Shown here: piece after piece, positions 29,174 to 37,499 of the stretch
Numbering within the stretch: position 1 is the first letter of the stretch
Layout: every line of letters starts with the position of its first letter
Assembly: GCA_947259275.1 (NCBI GenBank)
Contig: CAMYMH010000013.1
Location: 38,896-102,895, forward strand
DNA: 64,000 nucleotides
Direction: 5' to 3'
From: an uncultured Acidimicrobiaceae bacterium
Lineage (GTDB): Bacteria > Actinomycetota > Acidimicrobiia > Spongiisociales > SHLN01
Notes under the pieces: model-generated
What the model was told of the DNA's origin: nothing
What the model saw: only the letters and a program-made list of their open reading frames with translations
Databases searched by the model: none
Translations under genes and position numbers: made by a program

Positions 29174-29830
29174 TCACTCCCGACCGGGAGAGATTTTCAG
29201 TTCCCGTACCGCCGCGTCAACCTGTGATTCCAGCTCGATCCGGTCGAGGTCGGCGGCTGCCAGCGCGGAAATGCGGAGGTTGATTGCTTCCAGTTCGGTA
29301 CCTATGACCGCGCTCAACGCATCGAGCTTGGCGAGGGCGGCCTCCGCCGTGGCCTGGACCTGGCGCCGCCGCATTTCCGAGTAGGTATCGAGCAAGGAGT
29401 CGGCTCCCATCTTTGCCCGGGAGGGGGAGTTCGCTCTGAACGCAATTGTGATGAGGTTGCTGGTGGCGTCTCCCGAGATCACCCGTCTCTCGATGACTTC
29501 CTCGAAGGGGATCTCACCTCCGGTCAGGTCGCTGGCGATGGTGGCGGCCTCGGTCGAGCGCAGGATCTCGACTTGGTCGGCCAGATTGCGTTCCGAGTTC
29601 TGGGTCGATTGCCTGGTGAAATCGGTGACCTCGAGGGATGAGGCGCGCGGATCCTCGACGATGAGCTCGGCGGTTGCCACATAATCGACGGTCTTGATGT
29701 CGTTGATGACCAGTCCAAATGCGATCGAGCCGACGAGTACGAGCAACACCGCCCAGCGGTACCGCCACATCACGCCGAGCAGACTCGACTGCCCCGTGTC
29801 TTCTCCGTCGCCTGTTACGAGTTGTTCCAC
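29174..29830 (-). CDS. N-terminal part of the same co-polymerase (Wzz domain: TM1 plus periplasmic/extracytoplasmic coiled coil)
   Basis: LLGVMWRYRWAVLLVLVGSIAFGLVIN (Wzz N-terminal TM) followed by a helical region. It ends in a stop immediately after an A4 run. Confidence 0.75.
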   Translation of the reverse strand: MEQLVTGDGEDTGQSSLLGVMWRYRWAVLLVLVGSIAFGLVINDIKTVDYVATAELIVEDPRASSLEVTDFTRQSTQNSERNLADQVEILRSTEAATIASDLTGGEIPFEEVIERRVISGDATSNLITIAFRANSPSRAKMGADSLLDTYSEMRRRQVQATAEAALAKLDALSAVIGTELEAINLRISALAAADLDRIELESQVDAAVRELKISPGRE

Positions 29831-30029
29831 CGATTCCCCGCTGAGGATGTGATGGTGCGCGCGACACCGACCACTCTCTGTGTTATTCCCAGCATCACCA
29901 TACCGCGAGTGCAGTGTAGGCGTGCGAGAAACAGCAATCGCCGGGCCGGATACTCAGCGTGCCAATCACGGCCACTCACCGTCGTTGGGTAGCTACTGGT
30001 CTGGTATCCTGTTAGCTCGGGGGAGGCAA

Positions 30030-30779
30030 ATGTCGGGTGGTATGCCGGGGCCACCAACCTGCAGCAAAGGGTGCAAACCAGAGATGTCAACAATCGCGCT
30101 GATTGGCCCGGATGGTGCCGGCAAGACCTCGGTGGCGCATGGCCTGTTGGGGGCCTGCCCACTCCCGCTCAAATACCTGTACATGGGCATGAGCATCGAG
30201 TCGAGCAATGTGGCGTTGCCGACCTCACGACTGGCCCATCGCATCAAGGTCGCTCAGCACAAGAGATCGCTCAGGAATTCAGGTCAACCTGTTCCGTCCG
30301 AGATCCACCTACATGGTGCCGAGCATCGGACTGATCGGCGCGGCCGGCTGGGGGCGATTGCCAGATTGCTGAGAAGGCTGTCGGAGGAGTCCTATCGTCA
30401 AGTGGTCTCGTGGGTCTATCAACGGCGCGGCCACGTGATGCTCTACGATCGGCACTTCGTGATCGATGCGCTACCCCCACCTTCGGAGCGCACCGCGCGG
30501 TACCGGCTCACCGATCGCATCCACCACTGGTTTCTCTACCGTCTCTATCCACGTCCGGGTCTCGTCATTCTGCTGGACGCGCCCCCGGAAGTATTGCTCG
30601 CCCGAAAACAAGAGGTACCCGGGGAAGACCTGCAGGCCGACCGAGAAGGATTACTCGAGAAGCGTGAATACGTGAAGAATTGGGTCGTGATCGACGCCAC
30701 CCAGGCCTTCGAACAGGTGCTGGCGACCGTAAACCGGACGATCGTCGAACACCATGCGGCGGAGGCCGCCAATGGGTGA
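30030..30779 (+). CDS. P-loop NTPase/kinase-fold protein (thymidylate-kinase-like), function unknown
   Basis: Strong SD gggagg 4 nt before the ATG at 30030 (alternative ATG at 30084). Walker A IGPDGAGKTS, and a later VILLDAPPEVLLARK lid-like region. Confidence 0.6.
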   Translation: MSGGMPGPPTCSKGCKPEMSTIALIGPDGAGKTSVAHGLLGACPLPLKYLYMGMSIESSNVALPTSRLAHRIKVAQHKRSLRNSGQPVPSEIHLHGAEHRTDRRGRLGAIARLLRRLSEESYRQVVSWVYQRRGHVMLYDRHFVIDALPPPSERTARYRLTDRIHHWFLYRLYPRPGLVILLDAPPEVLLARKQEVPGEDLQADREGLLEKREYVKNWVVIDATQAFEQVLATVNRTIVEHHAAEAANG

Positions 30780-31431
30780 TGCATGGAAACAGCTTCGGGA
30801 GCTGGGGCCGGTGCTGGCGCTCATCTACATCCCGACCGTGGTCGGCCTCGGTCTGCTGGTTGTGGTCAACCTGGTGGCCGACGACGTCCCGCTCCGGCTG
30901 TTCTTCATCGACCCGGTTTCCGAGTTCAGTGCTCCCATGTACGTTGGGCTGGTGTCGAACTTCGGAGTCGTGCTGTGGGGTTCGGCCGCCTCGGTGTGCC
31001 TGTTCGGGGCCTGGCTCCTGCGCCAGAAGCCGGACGCCCGGCCCCAAGCCATGTTCCTGGCGGCTTCGGGGCTCATCTCGGCTCTGCTCATGTTCGACGA
31101 TCTGTATCTTCTCCACGAAGAGGTCTTCCCCGAGCGATTGCACATCCCCCAGCCACTTGTATTGACCGCCTATGGGGTGCTGCTCGTTGTCAACTTCGTC
31201 CGGTTTCGACGAATGGTTCTGGAGTCCGACTTCGCTCTGCTGTTGCTGGCGTCTGGCTTCTTTGCCGCATCGGTGGCGGTCGACCTGTTCGTTACGCCGG
31301 AGGAGTTCTTTCTCTTTGACGATTTCTCCGGTCGGCATCTGGTCGAGGACGGCTTGAAACTGCTCGGCATCGTTGGCTGGACCGCCTACTTCTGGAGACT
31401 GTCAACTCAGACGGTCCGCTCGTCGGTGTAG
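30772..31431 (+). CDS. Hypothetical integral membrane protein
   Basis: The ATG at 30772 overlaps the upstream stop. About 6 hydrophobic segments, no recognisable motif. Confidence 0.55.
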   Translation: MGDAWKQLRELGPVLALIYIPTVVGLGLLVVVNLVADDVPLRLFFIDPVSEFSAPMYVGLVSNFGVVLWGSAASVCLFGAWLLRQKPDARPQAMFLAASGLISALLMFDDLYLLHEEVFPERLHIPQPLVLTAYGVLLVVNFVRFRRMVLESDFALLLLASGFFAASVAVDLFVTPEEFFLFDDFSGRHLVEDGLKLLGIVGWTAYFWRLSTQTVRSSV

Positions 31432-31442
31432 TGGAGGAGCAA

Positions 31443-32195
31443 ATGGGAGTGATCTACACGATGGAACGCCACCACCAGCTGCTCCATCTGTGGCGGGATC
31501 AGGGGGTGGCACCGCGACGGATCGTTCATCTCGACTTTCACTGCGACATGCGCGGCATGCTGATTGATCGCCGGGCCGGGCTGGCGCACCGAATTCGGGA
31601 CCGTTTCCCCGATGTCGATCAGGGGAACTTCTTGGTGCATGCGGTCTTGGAGGACCACGTCGCAGGCATTCGCTGGGTCCACGACGATCCCGGCGGCCGG
31701 GTGCACGACATCGGGACGGTGAAATTCGAGTCCGACCTCACCGCACTTCCTCATCGGTTGGCGTTGGCGCTTGGCGGTGCGAAGGGAACACCGCTCGACT
31801 ACGAGGTGGTGCGGTCGGGGGAGTGGGACGGTCTGCGGGAAGGCGAGCATCTCGACATCGATTGGGACCATTTCGCCTGTACGGAGTACCCGCTCGAATC
31901 CATCCAGGATCGCATTGAGGCGTTCTGGCGAACTCGCGGCCCCGCCATTCCCGACCAGGCTTACATCAGCTACTCACCCGAGTACTCCCATCCTTCCCGC
32001 CACCTATTCGCTGGGTTTGTGCGGGATATGGCCGACCGGTTCGAATCGAACGTGGTCGAGCTGGCGCCGCCGGATACCGGCTCGGGACCGAATCGGCGGC
32101 CGATCAGTGCCTACCTGCCGTCGCCGCTGTATCGGCGTGCTCGCCGCGCCTACCATCGGACCGCACGGATACTGAAGCAGCGGGGTGTCTTCTGA
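31443..32195 (+). CDS. Hypothetical protein, possibly UPF0489/arginase-fold-like
   Basis: SD ggagga before the ATG at 31443. IVHLDFHCDMRG and DIDWDHF acidic/His clusters resemble metal-binding motifs of the arginase/deacetylase-like UPF0489 family. Low certainty. Confidence 0.4.
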   Translation: MGVIYTMERHHQLLHLWRDQGVAPRRIVHLDFHCDMRGMLIDRRAGLAHRIRDRFPDVDQGNFLVHAVLEDHVAGIRWVHDDPGGRVHDIGTVKFESDLTALPHRLALALGGAKGTPLDYEVVRSGEWDGLREGEHLDIDWDHFACTEYPLESIQDRIEAFWRTRGPAIPDQAYISYSPEYSHPSRHLFAGFVRDMADRFESNVVELAPPDTGSGPNRRPISAYLPSPLYRRARRAYHRTARILKQRGVF

Positions 32196-32211
32196 TGCAG
32201 AGGCAGTACCT

Positions 32212-33324
32212 ATGACCGAAGGGATCCGGACGCGAGCGATCGTTTCTGATGCGACCCCCGACCCGGTTTGGGACAAGTTCGTTGAGACCGCCCCGGGAGG
32301 CGACCATGTTCAGAGCTCCGGCTGGGCCTCGACCAAGCGGGCACAGGGCCTCGCCGGCTGGCGGATAGTCATTGAACGCAACGGGTGGATCGTGGCGGGT
32401 GCCCAGGTCCTCATCAAGCCGATGTCCATCGTCGGTGGAATCGGCTACGTTCCCAGGGGCCCGGTGGTTTCCGACGGTGAGACGGAGGCGGCCGGGCTGG
32501 TCGTCGAGGAGCTGAAACGTCTGGCGCGCCGGCGGCGTATCAGACACCTGGTGGTGCAGCCCGGGCAGAACCGCAATTGGATCGCGGAGGAGCTCGTCGC
32601 CCACGGGTTCAGGCCGAGCGCCCTATCGGTGGCACCGACGGCTTCGATCCTGATCGATCTGCACGCCGACATCGACGATCTCTACGCCAGGCTCGGCAAG
32701 TCGCTCCGGAAGCACATTCGGCGCGGCAGGCGGGAGGGCGTCGAAATCCGTGAAGGAGACGTTGAGGACGTGGCCACGTTCCATGCGCTGATGTCGACGA
32801 CTTCGGCCCGGCATGGGTTCACCCCGTACCCGCGGGAGTATTTCGAGGCAATGTGGCAGGCACTTCGCCCGCAGGGCCACATCCGGCTGTTTCTTGCCGA
32901 GTACCACCAGCAGGTGGTTTCGGCCCACCTGGTCGTGCCGTTCGGTGAGCGTTTCCTGTCGAAGGCATCGGCCTGGTCGGGCGAACATACCCGCGTTTAC
33001 CCGAACGACGTCCTGGAATGGCACCTGATCGAATGGGCGAAGGCGCACGGGTTCCGCTACTACGACATGGAAGGCGTTGACCGCGAGACCGCCGAACGGA
33101 TGATGGTCGATCCAACCACCAAACCGAGGCGGACGGCCGATGCTTTCAAACTCAAGTTCGGGGGCGACGTGGTTCTGCTGCCGAAGGCGTTCGATTACTT
33201 CCCCAATCCGCTGGTGGCGAGCACCTACGGTCGGGTGTATCGGAGGTTGACGTCGGCGGATTGGCCCAGACCGGTGATTGCGGGACTACGCACTCGCACT
33301 TGGGCCAGGCGGGGCAGGACCTAG
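32212..33324 (+). CDS. FemAB-family (aminoacyl-tRNA-dependent peptidyltransferase-like) protein
   Basis: WDKFVETAPGGDHVQSSGWASTKRAQGLAGWRIVIERNGWIVAGAQVLIKP...GYVPRGPV. Second half has FHALMSTTSARHGFTPYPREYFEAMW and YYDMEGV. Confidence 0.7.
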   Translation: MTEGIRTRAIVSDATPDPVWDKFVETAPGGDHVQSSGWASTKRAQGLAGWRIVIERNGWIVAGAQVLIKPMSIVGGIGYVPRGPVVSDGETEAAGLVVEELKRLARRRRIRHLVVQPGQNRNWIAEELVAHGFRPSALSVAPTASILIDLHADIDDLYARLGKSLRKHIRRGRREGVEIREGDVEDVATFHALMSTTSARHGFTPYPREYFEAMWQALRPQGHIRLFLAEYHQQVVSAHLVVPFGERFLSKASAWSGEHTRVYPNDVLEWHLIEWAKAHGFRYYDMEGVDRETAERMMVDPTTKPRRTADAFKLKFGGDVVLLPKAFDYFPNPLVASTYGRVYRRLTSADWPRPVIAGLRTRTWARRGRT

Positions 33325-34535
33325 TGGCGCAGGCCATCGACCATCCCCACGCCATCATCGTTGGCCTGGACACGATGCAGGGGCTCCAGGCAGCCCGGAT
33401 ACTGGCGGAACGCGGGGTCCCCATCGTCGCGATTGCCTCCCACCCGGCGCACTACGCCTGCAGGACCAACGTATGCGAGCGGATCATCATCGCCGACACC
33501 CACAGTCAGGAAGTCATCCGGGTGCTCGAGCGGGAGGCAGACAAATTCGACCGCAAGCCGGTCGTCATCCCGTGTGACGATGCTCAGGTCGGCGTGATCT
33601 CTCGGCATCGAGACCGGATCGAGGATTCATATCATGTGCCGCTGCCGGCTCAGGATGTCATCGACTTGATGCTCGACAAGGTGGCGTTCTACTCCTATGC
33701 CCAACAGGCGGGGTTGCCGATCCCGACCACGGTCTTCGTCCGGTCGCGAGAAGATGCGATCCGGGCGGCCAACCAGCTGTCGTTTCCGGTGGCGGTGAAG
33801 CCACCCAGCAAAGCCGGGCGCTGGGCCAAGCACACGACGATGAAGGCATTCAAACTCGAAGACGCCGATGGGTTGCTGGCCTTCTACGATGAGCACCACG
33901 ACTGGTCGGACCTGTTGATCGTCCAGGAGTGGGTGGAGGGGTCTGATGCCGAGCTGTACTCATGCAACTGCTACTTCGACGCCACCTCAACGCCGCTCGT
34001 GACCTTCGTGGCGCGGAAGATCCGGCAATGGCCGCCCCGGGTCGGCGACAGCTCCCTCGGTGTCGAATGCCAGAACGACCTGGTAGCCGACGTGGCCGTG
34101 AAGCTCTTCGGTGGGGTCGGGTACCGCGGTCTCGGATACCTGGAGATGAAGCGAGACGCCCGTTCAGGCGAATACCTCATCATGGAGCCGAACGTTGGCC
34201 GTCCCACCGGTCGCTCGGCCATCGCCGAGGCGGGCGGAGTTGAGCTTCTCTACACGCTCTACTGCGACACCGTCGGCTTGCCACTGCCGCCCGGGCGGGA
34301 ACAGTCTTTCACCGGTGTGAAATGGATCAACCTGCGAAAGGACACCCAATCTGCCCTATTCAGCTGGCGTCGCAAGGAGTTGACGCTGCGTCAATGGTGG
34401 GAGTCGTGGCGCGGCCCCAAGGCATATGCGGTGTGGTCCCTCCGGGACCCCAGGCCCTTCTTCAGCGATTTGGCGACCTCGTTGCGCAGGCTGCTCGGGG
34501 GAGGGGAGCGCAAGCGGGACGCCCGCGTGTTCTAG
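33324..34535 (+). CDS. ATP-grasp carboxylate-amine/thiol ligase
   Basis: The GTG at 33324 overlaps the femAB-like stop by 1 nt. PVAVKPPSK, LIVQEWVEG, GYLEMKRDARSGEYLIMEPNVGRP (ATP-grasp B/C-loop patterns). Confidence 0.8.
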   Translation: MAQAIDHPHAIIVGLDTMQGLQAARILAERGVPIVAIASHPAHYACRTNVCERIIIADTHSQEVIRVLEREADKFDRKPVVIPCDDAQVGVISRHRDRIEDSYHVPLPAQDVIDLMLDKVAFYSYAQQAGLPIPTTVFVRSREDAIRAANQLSFPVAVKPPSKAGRWAKHTTMKAFKLEDADGLLAFYDEHHDWSDLLIVQEWVEGSDAELYSCNCYFDATSTPLVTFVARKIRQWPPRVGDSSLGVECQNDLVADVAVKLFGGVGYRGLGYLEMKRDARSGEYLIMEPNVGRPTGRSAIAEAGGVELLYTLYCDTVGLPLPPGREQSFTGVKWINLRKDTQSALFSWRRKELTLRQWWESWRGPKAYAVWSLRDPRPFFSDLATSLRRLLGGGERKRDARVF

Positions 34536-35305
34536 GCGTCAGGGTGTGGGAGCGGCTTTTGGCAGAAGAAGACGTTCTCGTCGTCGAGAAGGCCATAGGT
34601 CGACTTGGTGTCTTCGTCTAGCCCTTCGGCCCGATCCAGGCGCACGGTGAACCCGCTCTCCTCGAGCCGGTCGACCAGGTCGTAGCCGTAGAACCGGACG
34701 TGGTCGGTCTCGCCGAAGGCCCGGCGCCGTTCCTCCGGCTCGGTGATGGAGGGGTCCTCGTGGGTCGGTTGATCCAGCCGGACCGGTGCAGTGATCAGCG
34801 CCCAACCACCGGGCCGCAGCACCCGGAAGATCTCGGACATCGCCCGGCGATCCTGGTCGACGTGTTCCAGCACATGGATACAGATGACGGCATCGAAGGT
34901 CTCGGAGGATACCGGCAGTGATGCGACGTCGAATCGAAGGGAAATGTGCGCTCGTTGGGAGAGGTCGCCGGCGAGGTAGTCGAGATTCGGCATCCGGGTG
35001 AGACGCCGCGCCAGGCTGTATTTGGGCGAAATGTGCAGCAGGCGCAGGTTGGCCGTCGAGAGGTCGGTCTGCTCGAGGAGATACAGCCAGTCCCGGCGAT
35101 GGCGGGCCTTCGAATTGCAGCGGGGGCAGTAGCCGCAGCGGCGGACCCGCAGCGAGGATCCTCCATGCGTAAATGCCCGCAGCCGCCATCCACAGCACGG
35201 ACAGGTGAATCGGCGGCCGACGAACAGTAGTGCCCGCACCGCCAGCAACCCATCGAGCACCCGGAGGGCCGTGGTGCTCCTGACGGAGTGGAGAAGGTCA
35301 ACCAT
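34532..35305 (-). CDS. Class I SAM-dependent methyltransferase with N-terminal CxxC...CxxC zinc ribbon
   Basis: FTCPCCGW...CGYCPRCNS, then FDAVICIHVLEHV and LRPGGWALITAP methyltransferase motifs. 15 nt downstream of the pepM-like gene. Confidence 0.8.
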   Translation of the reverse strand: MVDLLHSVRSTTALRVLDGLLAVRALLFVGRRFTCPCCGWRLRAFTHGGSSLRVRRCGYCPRCNSKARHRRDWLYLLEQTDLSTANLRLLHISPKYSLARRLTRMPNLDYLAGDLSQRAHISLRFDVASLPVSSETFDAVICIHVLEHVDQDRRAMSEIFRVLRPGGWALITAPVRLDQPTHEDPSITEPEERRRAFGETDHVRFYGYDLVDRLEESGFTVRLDRAEGLDEDTKSTYGLLDDENVFFCQKPLPHPDA

Positions 35306-35320
35306 CGGGCTGGAGCCTGG

Positions 35321-36247
35321 CTAGGCCCGCGAGGCCGACCCGCCCTCGGCCGGCCGGGTGTATTCGGCGTCCTCCGCCTCGATGGCTTGGCGAGTTTTCA
35401 CCAGCTCGAAGATGTGTTCCAGCCCGGCGATCTGCCCCTCTGCCGCCTCGAGTTTGCGGGCCTTTGCCAGCGTCTCGAGCGTCTCTTCCATGGCGCGTAC
35501 CGCAGCCCGCATCGGCTGGTTGGCGAAGATGACCATGTTGAAGCCTTTGGCTCGCAACTCATCGGCCGAGAAGCTCGGGAACAACGTCGGCACCGCCACC
35601 AGCGGTACCGATCCGAGGCCCTGCCACCCGGCCAGGAAGCCTTCGATCTCCTGGAGGGTCTTGTCCTTGGAATGAATCAGAATGGCATCGGCGCCCGCCG
35701 AGACGTAGGCGTCGGCGCGGGCACAGGCATCGTCGACGCCATGGCCCGCAATCAGCGACTCGATCCGAGCAATCAGCACGAACTCCTCGGTCTCCTGGGC
35801 GGCTTTGGCGGCGTCGATCCGCCGAGCTTGCTCGAGCGGCGCCAGTAGCTCTCGCTTCACCGTGCCGGCCAGCAGGCTGTTCCGCTTGGGGAAGAGATTG
35901 TCTTCGATGCAGACTCCGGCGATTCCGGCCCGTTCGTACTCGCGGATTGTCCGCACCACGTTGTTGAGGCCGCCGAAGCCGTTGTCGCAATCTGCAACTA
36001 CCGGGAGCTCGGTGGCGGCGTCGATGCGGACGGCGGCTGCCAGTGCCTCGGTCATCGTGACCAGGTTGAGATCGGGCAGCGCGTGGGCCATGGTCGACAC
36101 GCCGAAACCTGAGACCCACACCGCATCGAAGGCGTAGGAATCGATGAGGCGGGCGCTCATGGCATCGTGGGCGCCGACGGCCACCACCGGGTCGGGCGCA
36201 TTGAGGCCTGCGCGCAAACGCGATCGCTTCACGGCGGCTCGGTTCAT
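35321..36247 (-). CDS. pepM: Phosphoenolpyruvate mutase-like protein (ICL/PEPM superfamily)
   Basis: Colinear with the PepM motif series as I remember it: AHDAMSARL, VWVSGFGVS, DCDNGFGGLNN, IEDNLFPKRNSL (canonical EDKxxxxxNS, here K->N), ARIESLIAG, AGADAILIHSK, VIFANQPMRA. Confidence 0.75.
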   Translation of the reverse strand: MNRAAVKRSRLRAGLNAPDPVVAVGAHDAMSARLIDSYAFDAVWVSGFGVSTMAHALPDLNLVTMTEALAAAVRIDAATELPVVADCDNGFGGLNNVVRTIREYERAGIAGVCIEDNLFPKRNSLLAGTVKRELLAPLEQARRIDAAKAAQETEEFVLIARIESLIAGHGVDDACARADAYVSAGADAILIHSKDKTLQEIEGFLAGWQGLGSVPLVAVPTLFPSFSADELRAKGFNMVIFANQPMRAAVRAMEETLETLAKARKLEAAEGQIAGLEHIFELVKTRQAIEAEDAEYTRPAEGGSASRA

Positions 36248-36291
36248 TCGGTCTCCATTCTGTCGGCTCCGGCCCGGTGATCGGGCATCGG

Positions 36292-37239
36292 CTACACCAG
36301 CAGCTCCGACTCGGTGACTTCCGTGTCCAGATTGCCCGCAATATAGGCGTTGATCAGCTCGAGCATGCGAAGCCCGATGGCGCGCTGTGACTCACTGGCC
36401 ATGCCGGCGATGTGGGGCGTGAGCACCACGTTCGGTAGGTCGGCCAGCTTGGGAATGACCCCGTCACCTTCCCGTTCGTGGACATCGAGAGCCGCTCCGG
36501 CCAGATGTCCGGATGCCAATGCCTCGTACAGGGCTGCTTCGTCGATCACGCCTCCCCGGGCGGTGCTGATGAGGTATGCACGCCTCTTCATGGCAGCCAG
36601 CTCCGGTGCGCCGATCAAGTGACGGGTGTCCTCGGCGAGCGGGGTGTGTACCGTCACGATGTCGGCACCGCGCAACACCGAACCGAGGTTGGTGGCCTCG
36701 ATGATGGGCGGAGGTTCCCACCACAGGTCGGGGTGCACACACCCCAGCACCCGCATACCCCAGGCCGAGCCCAGTTCGGCCACCCGGGTACCTATGTTCC
36801 CGGCACCGACCACGCCGAGCACTTTGCCGGCGAGCAGTTTGCCGCCCAGCTCCCGTTTGGGCCATTGGCCGTCGCGCACGAGCGCATCGGCCCGAACGAT
36901 CTGTCGAGACAGTGCCAGGATCAGCCCAAAAGTGAATTCTGCCACCGCCACGGCCGCCGGACCTGGGATCCGAACGACGCGAATGTCCCGCCGGCGGGCA
37001 GCAAGCAGATCGATGTTGTCGAAGCCAGAGCCTGCCCGGATGATGAGAGCCAGCTTGGGGGCGAGATCCATGATTTCGCTGGTGATCTCGACTCCACTGC
37101 GAAACACCAGCACCTCTTGATCAGCCAGGATGTCGCGGCGATGGGGCCCGAAATCGTCGACCGCCATCTCGAGCTCATGGTCATGGCTGAGCGCTTCGAT
37201 CGCGGTCACATCCACGGGACTGGCCAGGATGATCTTCAC
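36292..37239 (-). CDS. D-isomer-specific 2-hydroxyacid dehydrogenase (3-phosphoglycerate-dehydrogenase-like)
   Basis: GTG at 37239 with SD aagggg. The track extension to 37701 lacks homology-like features. GVVGAGNIG, STARGG, LDVHERE, TPHIAG (Arg/Glu/His catalytic set). Confidence 0.88.
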   Translation of the reverse strand: MKIILASPVDVTAIEALSHDHELEMAVDDFGPHRRDILADQEVLVFRSGVEITSEIMDLAPKLALIIRAGSGFDNIDLLAARRRDIRVVRIPGPAAVAVAEFTFGLILALSRQIVRADALVRDGQWPKRELGGKLLAGKVLGVVGAGNIGTRVAELGSAWGMRVLGCVHPDLWWEPPPIIEATNLGSVLRGADIVTVHTPLAEDTRHLIGAPELAAMKRRAYLISTARGGVIDEAALYEALASGHLAGAALDVHEREGDGVIPKLADLPNVVLTPHIAGMASESQRAIGLRMLELINAYIAGNLDTEVTESELLV

Positions 37240-37432
37240 GCAACCCCTTACTCCGCGCTCGTCGTCATAGTCTACCGGCGGTACCGGGAGGCCTGAGAAT
37301 GGGTCCCCGAGGAAGGAAGCTAATATTATTGCATAGAGCGGGGATCGTCGGCCACGGAGCGTACTCGAAACGAGGTGCTCAACCGGCTGGTATCCTCGTT
37401 CGCCGCCGGAATGAGACACGATTTTGTTGTGA

Positions 37433-37445
37433 GCGCTCGGAGCGC
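37433..37445. promoter_or_regulatory. 13-bp palindrome GCGCTCGGAGCGC in divergent promoter region
   Basis: Seen directly. Lies between the dehydrogenase start (37239, minus) and the C-T-TE start (37500/37596, plus). An AT-rich stretch ctaatattattgcatag lies nearby at ~37320-37337. Confidence 0.3.
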
Positions 37446-37499
37446 CCGCAAGAATGGGGCAGGAGCCTGCTATGTCAACAATCGCGCTGAATCCTCTGG

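Noticed and set aside
34532-34535. Convergent ATP-grasp and methyltransferase genes share overlapping stop codons in the palindrome CTAG.
   Set aside because: The overlap is real, but it is most likely a trivial consequence of compact convergent genes. No hairpin or terminator is evident between them.
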